Positions 52,662 through 61,558 of a stretch of 61,558 nt of DNA are shown one piece after another. Source of the DNA: Gammaproteobacteria bacterium (GTDB taxonomy: Bacteria; Pseudomonadota; Gammaproteobacteria; Natronospirales; JAJUFS01); assembly GCA_033720895.1 (NCBI GenBank), contig JAWWBS010000004.1, positions 1 to 61,558 on the forward strand. The letters are read 5' to 3'. A program made the position numbers and the translations under genes. The notes under the pieces were generated by a model, which did no database searches, was not told the origin of the DNA, and saw only the letters and a program-made list of their open reading frames with translations. Each line of letters starts with the position of its first letter. Positions within the stretch are counted from its first letter, which is position 1.

Positions 52662-55373
52662 ATGCTGGATCGCGAAGCCATACAATTCGATGCCAAGGAC
52701 GAACCGCTGCGTGATGACGTACGGCTGCTGGGCGAGCTGGTCGGTGATGTCATTCGCGAGCAGGGCGGCGAGGCGCTGTTCGAGCGCGTGGAAAAAGCGC
52801 GCCAGCTGGCCATTGCCAGGCGCCAGGGCGAGGACGATGCCGCCGCCGGCCTGGCCGAGCTGCTGACCTCGCTGGATCCTTTCGATGCCCGCGAAGTCGT
52901 GCGCGCCTTCTCGACCTATTTCCAGATGGTCAACCTGGCCGAACGCGTGCATCGCATTCGCCGCCGCCGTGCATACGAAAACGATCCGGACAAGATCCAG
53001 CCGGAAGGCCTGCAGGATGCCCTGCTGAAGCTCCGCGAGGCGGGTGTCGACGACGAACTCATCCGCGCCCGGCTTGCGGCCATGACCATCGAGCCGGTGT
53101 TCACCGCGCATCCCACCGAAGCGATGCGCCGCACCCTGCTGGGCAAGCAGCAACAGATCTCCCGCAGCCTGATCAAGCGATTTATCGAAAAGCGCACGCC
53201 GCGCGAAGAGCAGGCAGCGCTCGCCGGCCTGCGACGCGAGATCACCACGACCTGGCAGACCGAGGAGCATCCCTCGACGCGCCTCACTGTCGCCAACGAG
53301 CGGGAGAACATCCTGTTCTACCTGGGTGACGTGATCTACCGGATTGCCCCGGTGTACCTGGAGACTGTCGAGCAGGCGCTGGGTACGACCGCCGTCGGTA
53401 CCCACTCCCTGCCGGGCCAGCTGCTGCACTTCGGTTCCTGGGTGGGTGGCGACATGGACGGCAACCCGAACGTCACGGCCGACACGGTTCGCGATTCGCT
53501 GACGGATCACCGTGCGCTGATCATCCATCGCTACAAGCGCGAACTGGGTGAGCTGTATCGCGTGCTGTCGCAATCGGTGTCGCGGGTCGGCGTCGATCCG
53601 GAAATTCACTCCCGCATTCGCGAATATGCCGCCGACTTCCCGGTCGAGTACGAAAGCCTGAACCACCGGCATCGCAACATGCCTTACCGCGTCTTGATCC
53701 GCCTGATGAGTGCGCGCCTGCGCGCCACGGGCAGTGACCGTGCCGGTCGATACGCGAAAGCAGCCGATCTCGAGGCGGATCTCGCCCTGATCATTCGCAG
53801 CCTGGAAGCGCATCGTGGCGAACGCGCCGGCGTCTTCCAGGTGCGCCGCCTGCTGAGGCGCGTGCAGATTTTCGGCTTTCACCTGGCCGCGCTGGATGTT
53901 CGCCAGGACAGCCTGGTGTTTCGCCGCGCCGTGGGTTCCCTGCTCAACGAACCGGAGTGGCTGGAGCTGTCGCGCGAGGTGCGGCTGAAACGCCTGCAGG
54001 AAGCGTGGCGAGACGGTGGCGCTGCGGTGGTCGATGCCGAGGACGAGGCGGCGGAGACGCTGCGCGTGTTCCGCACCATCGCCGACTGTCGCGAGCGTTT
54101 CGGCAAGGCGGCGATGGGCGATGTGATCATCAGCATGGCGGAAGGTGCGGACGATGTCCTGAGCATCCTGCAGCTGTCGCGCTGGGCGGGCTGTGCCAAC
54201 GAGCAGGGCGAGGTGGAGCTTGATGTCGTGCCGCTGTTCGAGACGGTGGATGACCTGGAGCGCGCGCCGAAAGTCATGCGCGAACTGTTTGCCGATCCGA
54301 TCTATTCGGAGCACCTGGCCAGGCGCGGTGAGCAGCGCGTCATGCTGGGCTACTCGGATTCCAGCAAGGACAGCGGGATTGCATCGTCGCGCTGGGCGCT
54401 GCAGACCGCGCAATCACAGCTGGCGGAAATTGCCCGTGATGCCGGCATTCGCCTCACGTTCTTCCACGGGCGTGGCGGTACCGTGAGCCGGGGTGGTGGC
54501 CGTGTGCATCGCGCCGTGCTGGCAGCGCCGCCGGGTACCATCAATGGTCGCCTGCGCATTACCGAGCAGGGCGAGATCATCAACGCCAAGTACGGCCTCC
54601 GCGGCATCGCCATGCGCACCCTGGAGCAGATGCTCGGTGCGTCGCTGCTGGCCGAGCTGGATCCGCAGCGTTCCCACGAGCAGGAACCTGACTGGGCGGA
54701 CGCCATGGCCAGGCTGGCTGCCGATTCACGCCGGGTATTCCGCGGACTGGTGCATGAGAACGAGCAGTTCTATGACTTCTTCCGCAAGGTCACGCCGATC
54801 GATGTCATCGAAAAGATGAAAATCGGTTCGCGACCGGCGGCGCGCCGCAAGGGCAAGGGTATCGTCGACCTTCGTGCCATTCCCTGGGTGTTTTCCTGGA
54901 CCCAGAACCGCTGCCTGCTGCCAGGCTGGTTCGGCATTGGCACGGGCCTGGAACAGCTGATCGAGGAGCGCGGTATCGACTTCGTTCGCCAGATGGCGCG
55001 CGAGTGGCGTTTCTTCTCCAACCTGCTGGACGATGCCGAGATGGTGCTGGCGAAGACCGACATGGCCATTGCGCAGCGCTACTTCGATACCGCCCCGGAG
55101 CATGCCGACATCGCCAAGGTCATCACGGCAGAGTTCGAGCGCCTGTTGAGATTGCTGCGCGAGATCCAGGGTGAAGACGGCGAACTGCTGGCCGACGACC
55201 CGGCGCTGGAACGCAGCATCCGCCTGCGCAATCCCTATGTCGACCCGGTCAGCCTCTTGCAGCTCGACCTCTTGCAGCGCTGGCGCGAAGCGGGCAGCAA
55301 GGATGACGAATTGCTGAATGCCCTGTTCGCCACCATCAATGGCATCGCGGCCGGCCTGCAGAACACCGGTTAG
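52662..55373 (+). CDS. ppc: phosphoenolpyruvate carboxylase
   Basis: ORF 52485 trimmed to MLDREAIQFDAKDEPLRDDVRLLG.... Motifs VFTAHPTE, GYSDSSKD, FHGRGGTVSRGG and C-terminal ...LQNTG. Confidence 0.95.
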   Translation: MLDREAIQFDAKDEPLRDDVRLLGELVGDVIREQGGEALFERVEKARQLAIARRQGEDDAAAGLAELLTSLDPFDAREVVRAFSTYFQMVNLAERVHRIRRRRAYENDPDKIQPEGLQDALLKLREAGVDDELIRARLAAMTIEPVFTAHPTEAMRRTLLGKQQQISRSLIKRFIEKRTPREEQAALAGLRREITTTWQTEEHPSTRLTVANERENILFYLGDVIYRIAPVYLETVEQALGTTAVGTHSLPGQLLHFGSWVGGDMDGNPNVTADTVRDSLTDHRALIIHRYKRELGELYRVLSQSVSRVGVDPEIHSRIREYAADFPVEYESLNHRHRNMPYRVLIRLMSARLRATGSDRAGRYAKAADLEADLALIIRSLEAHRGERAGVFQVRRLLRRVQIFGFHLAALDVRQDSLVFRRAVGSLLNEPEWLELSREVRLKRLQEAWRDGGAAVVDAEDEAAETLRVFRTIADCRERFGKAAMGDVIISMAEGADDVLSILQLSRWAGCANEQGEVELDVVPLFETVDDLERAPKVMRELFADPIYSEHLARRGEQRVMLGYSDSSKDSGIASSRWALQTAQSQLAEIARDAGIRLTFFHGRGGTVSRGGGRVHRAVLAAPPGTINGRLRITEQGEIINAKYGLRGIAMRTLEQMLGASLLAELDPQRSHEQEPDWADAMARLAADSRRVFRGLVHENEQFYDFFRKVTPIDVIEKMKIGSRPAARRKGKGIVDLRAIPWVFSWTQNRCLLPGWFGIGTGLEQLIEERGIDFVRQMAREWRFFSNLLDDAEMVLAKTDMAIAQRYFDTAPEHADIAKVITAEFERLLRLLREIQGEDGELLADDPALERSIRLRNPYVDPVSLLQLDLLQRWREAGSKDDELLNALFATINGIAAGLQNTG

Positions 55374-55380
55374 CAACGCC

Positions 55381-55914
55381 ATGAATACGGAAGACATCCA
55401 GGGCCTGGAGATTCGGCGTGCGACCGAAGCCGATGCCGCGAAGCTTGCCGCGCTGGGGCGCGAGGCCTTCAGTGAAACGTTCGGACACCTCTATCCGCCG
55501 GCAGACCTGGCGGAGTTTCTCGATACGGCGCATTCGGAATCGAACTGGCACGCCATGCTGGCCGATCCACGCCGGGCAACCTGGCTGGCATTGAAGGACG
55601 GGCAGGCGATTGCGTATCACATCGTCGGCGCCTGCAAGCTGCCCGTGGACGACCTGGAACCGACGGCCGGCGAGATCCAGCAGCTCTACGTGCTGGCCAG
55701 GCACCACAACCTCAAGCTGGGTACGCGCTTGATGGAACGTGGCCTGGCATGGCTGGAACAGGAAGGTTTTTCGCCCTTGTACATCGGCGTCTGGTCGGAA
55801 AACCTGGGGGCGCAGCGCTTCTACGGCCGCTACGGTTTCGAGAAATTCGGCGAGTACGGCTTCCCGGTCGGTGACACCGTTGACCGGGAATTCATCCTGA
55901 AGCGCAGCGCGTGA
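55381..55914 (+). CDS. GNAT-family N-acetyltransferase
   Basis: ORF 55318 trimmed to ATG at 55381 (MNTEDIQGLEIRRATEADA...). Acetyl-CoA motif QQLYVLARHHNLKLGTRLM...AQRFYGRYGF. Confidence 0.8.
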   Translation: MNTEDIQGLEIRRATEADAAKLAALGREAFSETFGHLYPPADLAEFLDTAHSESNWHAMLADPRRATWLALKDGQAIAYHIVGACKLPVDDLEPTAGEIQQLYVLARHHNLKLGTRLMERGLAWLEQEGFSPLYIGVWSENLGAQRFYGRYGFEKFGEYGFPVGDTVDREFILKRSA

Positions 55915-55921
55915 AGTCCGC

Positions 55922-57160
55922 TCATTCCACTTCGTGGCTGACCTCGGGCGGATTTGCCAGGTAGCTTTTCACCAGCGAGGTCATCGCGGCAATCCCCACC
56001 GGGATCGACGCATCATCGGCGCGCATGGTCGGCGTATGCAGGCCGCCCGAGCCCTTGCCGGGATCGACAACGCCGAGCCTGAAGAAAAAGCCCGGCAGGG
56101 CATTCGAAAAGTAGCCAAAGTCCTCGCCGCCCATGGTGGGAGGAATCTGTTCGACCGAGCTCACACCCCCGACACCCGGCAATACCCGGCTCGCCCAGGC
56201 CGACAGGGCACGATTGTTGTAGACCACCGGCGTGTTCTTGGCATAGACCAGGTCGTAGTCACCACCATGCGCCGAGGTGATGCCCTTCGAGAGGGCATGA
56301 ATGCGTTCGATGATCATGTCCTGCACCTTCGGGTCATAGGTACGCACCGTGCCTTCCATGTGCACTTCTTCCGGAATGATGTTGAAACGCGAGCCGCCGT
56401 TCATGATGCCCACGGACAGCACGCCTGGATCGCTGGGATTCATGTTGCGCGAGCGAATGGTCTGCAGGGCGGATACCAGTTCCGCGCTCATCACGATCGG
56501 GTCGATGGACTGGTGCGGGCGCGAACCGTGCGACTGCTTGCCCTTCACCGTCAGCAGGAAATGGTCGGTTGCTGCAAAGGCCGGCCCCGGGGTGAAGCCG
56601 ATTTCGCCGACATTCATGTCGGGGAAGCTGTGCAGGCCGAAGATCGCTTCCGGCTGCAAGTCATCGAACACGCCTTCGATCATCATCAGCTCGGCCCCGC
56701 CTTTCTTCGGCGGTGGAGTGCCTTCCTCGGCAGGCTGGAAGATGAACATCACCGTACCCGCCAGGTTTTCGCGCTCGGCCGCCAGGCTCATTGCCACGCC
56801 GAGGCCAACGCTCATGTGGATGTCATGACCACAGGCATGCGACAGGCCGTCGACCGTGGAGGCGAAGGGCAGGCCGGTTCGTTCCGGTACCGGCAGGGCA
56901 TCCATGTCGGCACGTACCGCGATGACCGGCCCCGGTTTGCCGCCCTCGAGAATGCCGATGACGCCATGGCGGGCGTGGCCGGTCGTGACGTCGAAGCCGA
57001 GTGCCCGCAGTTCCTTTTCGATCCGCGCGGCCGTGTCGTTCTCTTCGTTGCTGAGTTCCGGGTTGGCATGGAACCAGTGCCGCAATTCCGTGGCTCTTTC
57101 AATGACCGCCGGGTCGACCGGCGTTGTGGCAAGCGTGGCAGCAAGGGCAAGACTCAGCAT
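55922..57160 (-). CDS. M20D-family amidohydrolase (N-acyl-amino-acid/hippurate hydrolase-like), exported
   Basis: Signal peptide. Motifs RADMDALP, ACGHDIHM and FQPAEE. Confidence 0.85.
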   Translation of the reverse strand: MLSLALAATLATTPVDPAVIERATELRHWFHANPELSNEENDTAARIEKELRALGFDVTTGHARHGVIGILEGGKPGPVIAVRADMDALPVPERTGLPFASTVDGLSHACGHDIHMSVGLGVAMSLAAERENLAGTVMFIFQPAEEGTPPPKKGGAELMMIEGVFDDLQPEAIFGLHSFPDMNVGEIGFTPGPAFAATDHFLLTVKGKQSHGSRPHQSIDPIVMSAELVSALQTIRSRNMNPSDPGVLSVGIMNGGSRFNIIPEEVHMEGTVRTYDPKVQDMIIERIHALSKGITSAHGGDYDLVYAKNTPVVYNNRALSAWASRVLPGVGGVSSVEQIPPTMGGEDFGYFSNALPGFFFRLGVVDPGKGSGGLHTPTMRADDASIPVGIAAMTSLVKSYLANPPEVSHEVE

Positions 57161-57264
57161 GGCGGGCTCCGTAAGCTCGTGACGGGTTGTGCAATGTCGG
57201 TTTTGTCATGATCGCGCGACTGGGCCATTATGCGTCACTCCATCTGCAGTAGCGAGTGAGTCTC

Positions 57265-58218
57265 ATGCGCGGCGTATTTCTCGACTTTGCCACCGTCAGC
57301 AACAACGATGTTTCCGCAGCACCGCTGGAAAAGGTGCTGGATGCCGTCGAGCTGCGGGATGTCACGCCGCAGGACGAGATCGTTACCGTGATGCAGGATG
57401 CCGAGGTGCTGCTGACCAACAAGTGCCGGATCGATCGCGCCATCATCGAGGCACTGCCGCAATTGCAGTTCATCGGCCTGTCGGCGACCGGATTCAACAA
57501 TGTCGATATCGAAGCGGCACGCGAGCACGGCATCGCCGTAGCGAACATCCGTGCCTATTGCACACCTTCCGTGGTGCAGCATGTCTTCACGCTGATGCTG
57601 TCCTTGAACCAGAAACTGGATGGCTATCGCGCCCTGCTGGCCCAAGGCGCCTGGAAGACCTCGCCACAGTTCACCCTGCTGGATTACCCCATTGCCGAAC
57701 TGGCCGGGCAGAAGCTGGGCATCATTGGCTGGGGGGAGCTTGGCAAGGGCGTCGCCGCGGTCGCGGAGGCCTTCGGCATGGACGTCATGGTTGCCGAGCA
57801 TCGGGGCAGGGAAGTGCGAGAAGGTCGCGTGGACTTCGACACCGTGCTGGGCGAGGCCGACATCATTTCCCTGCATTGCCCGCTGACGCCGGATACCGAC
57901 AAGCTGTTCGATGCCGAGGCCTTCAAGGCGATGAAGGACACGGCCATCATCATCAATACGGCCCGCGGTGCCATCATTGACGAAGCGGCACTTGCGGATG
58001 CATTGCGCAACGGCGACATTGCCGGTGCGGGCATCGATGTGTTGTCCGAAGAGCCGCCCGTCAACGGCAACCCGCTGCTGGCTGCCGACATCCCGAATCT
58101 CGTCCTGACACCACACATTGCCTGGGCGGCCGTCTCTGCCCGCCAGCGCGCCGTGCAGCAGATGGCGAATGCCATTGCGGGCTTCAAGCGTGGCGACCGC
58201 ATCAATCGCGTCGATTGA
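57265..58218 (+). CDS. D-2-hydroxyacid (glycerate-type) dehydrogenase
   Basis: ATG at 57265 preferred over GTG at 57256. NAD motif GIIGWGELGKGVA. Catalytic region NTARG...TPHIAW. Confidence 0.85.
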   Translation: MRGVFLDFATVSNNDVSAAPLEKVLDAVELRDVTPQDEIVTVMQDAEVLLTNKCRIDRAIIEALPQLQFIGLSATGFNNVDIEAAREHGIAVANIRAYCTPSVVQHVFTLMLSLNQKLDGYRALLAQGAWKTSPQFTLLDYPIAELAGQKLGIIGWGELGKGVAAVAEAFGMDVMVAEHRGREVREGRVDFDTVLGEADIISLHCPLTPDTDKLFDAEAFKAMKDTAIIINTARGAIIDEAALADALRNGDIAGAGIDVLSEEPPVNGNPLLAADIPNLVLTPHIAWAAVSARQRAVQQMANAIAGFKRGDRINRVD

Positions 58219-58229
58219 AGAGAGGTTTC

Positions 58230-59360
58230 ATGAAAGCTCGCGTGTTGAACATCCTGCTGGGACTGTTGCTGTTGCTGGTCATCCTGCTGCTGTTCGTCTA
58301 CCTGCGTTATGGCGGCGGCGAGGATTACCCGGACCTGTCCACCGAGCCATTGCTGGACGATGCCGCCCTGGAAGCAGTGGTGCAGTACCCGGAGCCCATC
58401 GGCAATGTGGCGGTGGCGGCAGATGGTCGCGTGTTTTTCACGGCCCACCCGGAGGGTCGGCCGATCGGGCCGAAGCTGCTGGTGTTCGCGGACGGCCGGG
58501 CCACGGCCTTTCCCGATCGCAAGACGCAGCAGGATTTCCGCACGCCCCTGGGTGTGGTGATCGATCGGCAGGAACGCCTGTGGGTGATCGACTCGGGCCA
58601 GCATGGCCTGCACCAGGCCGAACTGTCGGCCTTCGACATCCATACCGGCGAACGCGTGTTCCGCTTCGGCTTCGACGATGATCATGCCCCGCTCGGGTCG
58701 ATGCTGCAGGACCTGCAGATCAGCAACGATGGCGAATGGGCCTACATCGCCGACGTCAGTTTCTGGCGACAGGCGCCGGCGATCCTGGTCATGGACCTGG
58801 TGAATCGCCGGGTGCGTCGCGTGCTGGTGAATCACGAGTCAACGGCGGCCCAGGACTGGGTCATCCGCACGCCGTACAAGCGCATGGAGTTCTTCGGTGG
58901 CCTGGCCGCACTCAAGCCCGGCGTGGACGGCATCGCCCTCAGTCGCGATGGCCTGTATCTCTATTACGGCGCCATGACCCACGACACCCTCTATCGCATT
59001 CCGACCAGCCTGTTGCGAGATACCACGCCGCGCAGCCTGATCGAAGCCTCGGTCGAAGCGGTCGGGCCGAAGCCGCTGAACGATGGCATGAGCACCGATG
59101 AAATCGGCACGGTCTACCTCACGGATGTCGAGCACCAGGGCGTGATGATCCACCAGCCGGATGGCCGCCTGCTGACCTTGTTGCGTTCGGAGCGGATTCG
59201 CTGGGCGGATGCGCTGAGCTTCGGCCCGGATGGCTGGCTGTACATTGCCGATTCCGGCATCCCGCAGATGATGCTGGAGCCGCGCGACACCATCATCGAG
59301 CACGCGCCTTACACCATCTGGCGGATCAAGTTGCCGGTGCGGCCCGTGGCCGGGCACTGA
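58230..59360 (+). CDS. major royal jelly/yellow-family (L-dopachrome-tautomerase-related) beta-propeller protein, N-terminally anchored
   Basis: ATG at 58230, after GAAGAGAGG, is preferred over TTG at 58215. One N-terminal TM helix. MRJP-like repeats (RLWVIDSG, WAYIADVS...ILVMDL, VDGIALS, VYLTDVEH, WLYIADSG). Confidence 0.7.
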   Translation: MKARVLNILLGLLLLLVILLLFVYLRYGGGEDYPDLSTEPLLDDAALEAVVQYPEPIGNVAVAADGRVFFTAHPEGRPIGPKLLVFADGRATAFPDRKTQQDFRTPLGVVIDRQERLWVIDSGQHGLHQAELSAFDIHTGERVFRFGFDDDHAPLGSMLQDLQISNDGEWAYIADVSFWRQAPAILVMDLVNRRVRRVLVNHESTAAQDWVIRTPYKRMEFFGGLAALKPGVDGIALSRDGLYLYYGAMTHDTLYRIPTSLLRDTTPRSLIEASVEAVGPKPLNDGMSTDEIGTVYLTDVEHQGVMIHQPDGRLLTLLRSERIRWADALSFGPDGWLYIADSGIPQMMLEPRDTIIEHAPYTIWRIKLPVRPVAGH

Positions 59361-59372
59361 GGGCAGGGCGGA

Positions 59373-60011
59373 TCAGGGCTTGTCCTTGTTGTCGCCGCTG
59401 CCGCTCGCATTGCCGGACGGGTTCGTCAGCCCGGCGGTGATCACGAAGCGCATCGCTTCTTCCATCTTCATGTCCAGCGGTTGCAGGCGCTCCTTCGGCA
59501 GGAACAGGGTGTAGCCACCGATCTGGTAGCTGAACGGGAAATACACGGCAACCTCGTCACCCTGCTCCAGGCCCGGGAAGGCCTCGAAATTGTCGCGGGT
59601 GACGAAACCGATCAACCGCGCCTTCGGTGCATCGAACTCCACCATCACCACGCGATTGAACTGCTCGCCCGGGTCGCGGGACACGAAGCCGAGGAAATCG
59701 CGCACGGCGTTGTATACCGTCTTGACCAGCGGGATCCGCGCGAACAGGCCGTCCCACCAGGCGAAGATCTTCTGGAACAGCCACGCCTTGGTTGCCAGTC
59801 CCACGGCGAAGGTCAGCAGGATGCCCAGCGCGATACCGACGCCGGGGATGTAGAGCTTCTCGCCGAACAGCGCCTTGTACAGGCCGCCGAGGAAGGTTTC
59901 GAAGCTGGTGCCCAGCCACCACACCACCCACAGCGAAATGACGACCGGCAGCAGCGCGGCCAGGCCGGTGAAGAAGATTTTGCTTAACGCACCCATGTTC
60001 ATGCTGTCCAC
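59373..60011 (-). CDS. DUF502-family membrane protein
   Basis: Two to three TM helices and the family motif RIPLVKTVYNAVRDF. Confidence 0.75.
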   Translation of the reverse strand: MDSMNMGALSKIFFTGLAALLPVVISLWVVWWLGTSFETFLGGLYKALFGEKLYIPGVGIALGILLTFAVGLATKAWLFQKIFAWWDGLFARIPLVKTVYNAVRDFLGFVSRDPGEQFNRVVMVEFDAPKARLIGFVTRDNFEAFPGLEQGDEVAVYFPFSYQIGGYTLFLPKERLQPLDMKMEEAMRFVITAGLTNPSGNASGSGDNKDKP

Positions 60012-60097
60012 GTTGTGACGAAAACTGCCCCTACTCTACACTGAGTGCAGCACCGCTACCCATCCCTCTCCCACGTCACTGTTCACAGGGGTTCTCG

Positions 60098-61558
60098 ATG
60101 ACGACTGCACTGGTCTGGTTCCGCCGCGACTTCCGACTGCACGACAACGCGGCCTTGACGGCGGCACTGGCGGCGGCGGATACGGTGATCCCGGTCTACC
60201 TGCATGCACCCGAGGAAGAGGAGGCGCAGGGCGAGCGCTGGGAAGCGACCGGGGCCGCGGCCTGGTGGCTGCATCATTCCCTGCGGGCTTTGAAAAAGGA
60301 CTTGCGCGATTCAGGCAGCAACCTGGTCATCCGTCGTTGCACGGAGTCCCTGCTTGAATTGCAAAAGCTGATCGACGCAACCGGCGCCGAGGTCGTGCAC
60401 TGGAACCGCCTCTACGAACCGCACACCGTGGCGCGCGATGCGCAGATCAAGCAGGCGCTGGGCGAGGCGGGCATCGAGGCCGTGTCGCATGCCGGCTGCC
60501 TGTTGCACGAACCCACGATGCAGAAGACCAAGACCGGCAACCCGTTCAAGGTGTTCACGCCGTTCTGGAAATCGACCCGGCCATCGCTCGACATCGGCAC
60601 CCCTGGTGGCAAACCTCGCGAACTGCGTGCGCCATCGAGCTGGCCGCAGACAATGCGGGTTCGGGAGCTCGAATTGCTGCCGGACATCAATTGGCATGAC
60701 AGCATTGCGGCTGCCTGGCAGCCGGGCGAGGAGGGCGCGAGCGCATTGCTGCATCGCTTCATCGACGAAGGGGTCGCGCACTATGCCAGGGGGCGTGATT
60801 TCCCGGCCGAGAACTTCACCTCACGCCTGTCGCCGCACCTGCACTTCGGCGAAATCACGCCGCGCCAGGTGTGGGTGGCGATCGAAAACGCCACGCGTGA
60901 AAAACCCTCGCTGGAAAAACCGGCCGACAAGTTCCTGGCCGAGATCGGCTGGCGCGAGTTTGCGTATCATGTCCTGTTCCATCACCCGCACACGGTCAAC
61001 CAGCCCTTGATGGAAAAATACGCCGCGTTCCCGTGGCGCGATGTCGACAAGGACCAGGATGCCGCCGCCGACCTCGAGGCCTGGCAGCGCGGCCTTACTG
61101 GCTATCCCATTGTCGATGCCGGCATGCGCCAGCTGTGGCGTGATGGCTGGATGCACAATCGCGTGCGCATGATCGTCGCGTCCTTCCTGGTGAAGAACCT
61201 CCGACTGCACTGGTGGCACGGCGCGCGCTGGTTCATGGATACGCTGGTGGATGCCGATCTCGCGTCGAATACCCTGGGCTGGCAATGGGCCGCGGGCTGC
61301 GGCGCCGATGCCGCGCCGTACTTTCGCATTTTCAATCCGATGCTGCAGAGCAAGAAGTTCGAAGCGGAGGATTACATCCGCGAGTACGTGCCGGAGCTGC
61401 GAGAGGTCCAGGATGCACACCTGCATGCGCCGTGGGAAGCGCCGGCCGAGGCGCTGGATAAAGCAGGCGTGAAGCTTGGCAAGGATTACCCGGAACCGAT
61501 CATCGAGTACAAGGCCTCGCGCGAACGCGCCCTCGCTGCCTTGCAGGAATTGAAAGAC
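60098..61558 (+). CDS. phrB: deoxyribodipyrimidine photolyase (CPD class I), 3' end cut by the window edge
   Basis: Not in the ORF track (no stop before the edge). ATG at 60098 reads MTTALVWFRRDFRLHDNAAL.... Later motifs TSRLSPHLHFGEI, WREF, GYPIVDAGMRQLW..GWMHNRVRM, DADLASNTLGWQW and FRIFNP. Open to base 61558. Confidence 0.9.
   Translation, partial: MTTALVWFRRDFRLHDNAALTAALAAADTVIPVYLHAPEEEEAQGERWEATGAAAWWLHHSLRALKKDLRDSGSNLVIRRCTESLLELQKLIDATGAEVVHWNRLYEPHTVARDAQIKQALGEAGIEAVSHAGCLLHEPTMQKTKTGNPFKVFTPFWKSTRPSLDIGTPGGKPRELRAPSSWPQTMRVRELELLPDINWHDSIAAAWQPGEEGASALLHRFIDEGVAHYARGRDFPAENFTSRLSPHLHFGEITPRQVWVAIENATREKPSLEKPADKFLAEIGWREFAYHVLFHHPHTVNQPLMEKYAAFPWRDVDKDQDAAADLEAWQRGLTGYPIVDAGMRQLWRDGWMHNRVRMIVASFLVKNLRLHWWHGARWFMDTLVDADLASNTLGWQWAAGCGADAAPYFRIFNPMLQSKKFEAEDYIREYVPELREVQDAHLHAPWEAPAEALDKAGVKLGKDYPEPIIEYKASRERALAALQELKD

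Overview
High-GC, gammaproteobacterium-like chromosomal window that is densely coding. I support 52 protein-coding genes, two of them cut by the window edges. One of those (1..248, minus) and phrB at the right edge are missing from the ORF track because they are open-ended. I also call 8 hairpin terminators and a few promoter or operator candidates. I found no rRNA, tRNA, CRISPR array, IS/transposase, integrase, phage gene or recognisable defence gene. The many very long ORFs antisense to recognisable genes are the usual high-GC artefact. The backbone is housekeeping: dinB, fadE, mdh, purT, rlmJ, pepQ, murI, ltaE, ppc, phrB. It is interleaved with an unusually dense set of signalling and envelope modules: two GGDEF proteins, a FIST sensor, a CHASE2 Ser/Thr kinase, an ECF sigma/anti-sigma pair, a sigma54 two-component pair, and GntR/ABC and MacAB-like ABC systems. 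My best candidate for an uncharacterised system is the six-gene minus-strand module at 17361..24873. It encodes a MacA-like adaptor, a LolD-like ATPase, two FtsX/MacB-type permeases, a sigma54 enhancer-binding response regulator and a histidine kinase. The kinase's two TM helices are joined by only about 4 residues, so it has no periplasmic sensor. The module is headed by a perfect TGGCAC-N5-TTGCA sigma54 promoter, with four TGTCCGC repeats upstream. This resembles Bce-type transporter-coupled sensing, rebuilt from Gram-negative parts. Other items worth a second look are a beta-lactamase-fold protein lacking all catalytic residues and carrying a C-terminal multi-TM domain, a CHASE2-STK gene overlapping murI by 4 nt, a FIST (NosP-like) gene overlapping a GGDEF-EAL gene, and a Dak2-DegV fusion. 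A YtrA-type ABC operon is also notable: it starts with an orphan secreted protein behind an AT-rich strong promoter. All family calls come from recognising motifs by eye. No database search or structure prediction was possible, so novelty claims are hypotheses.
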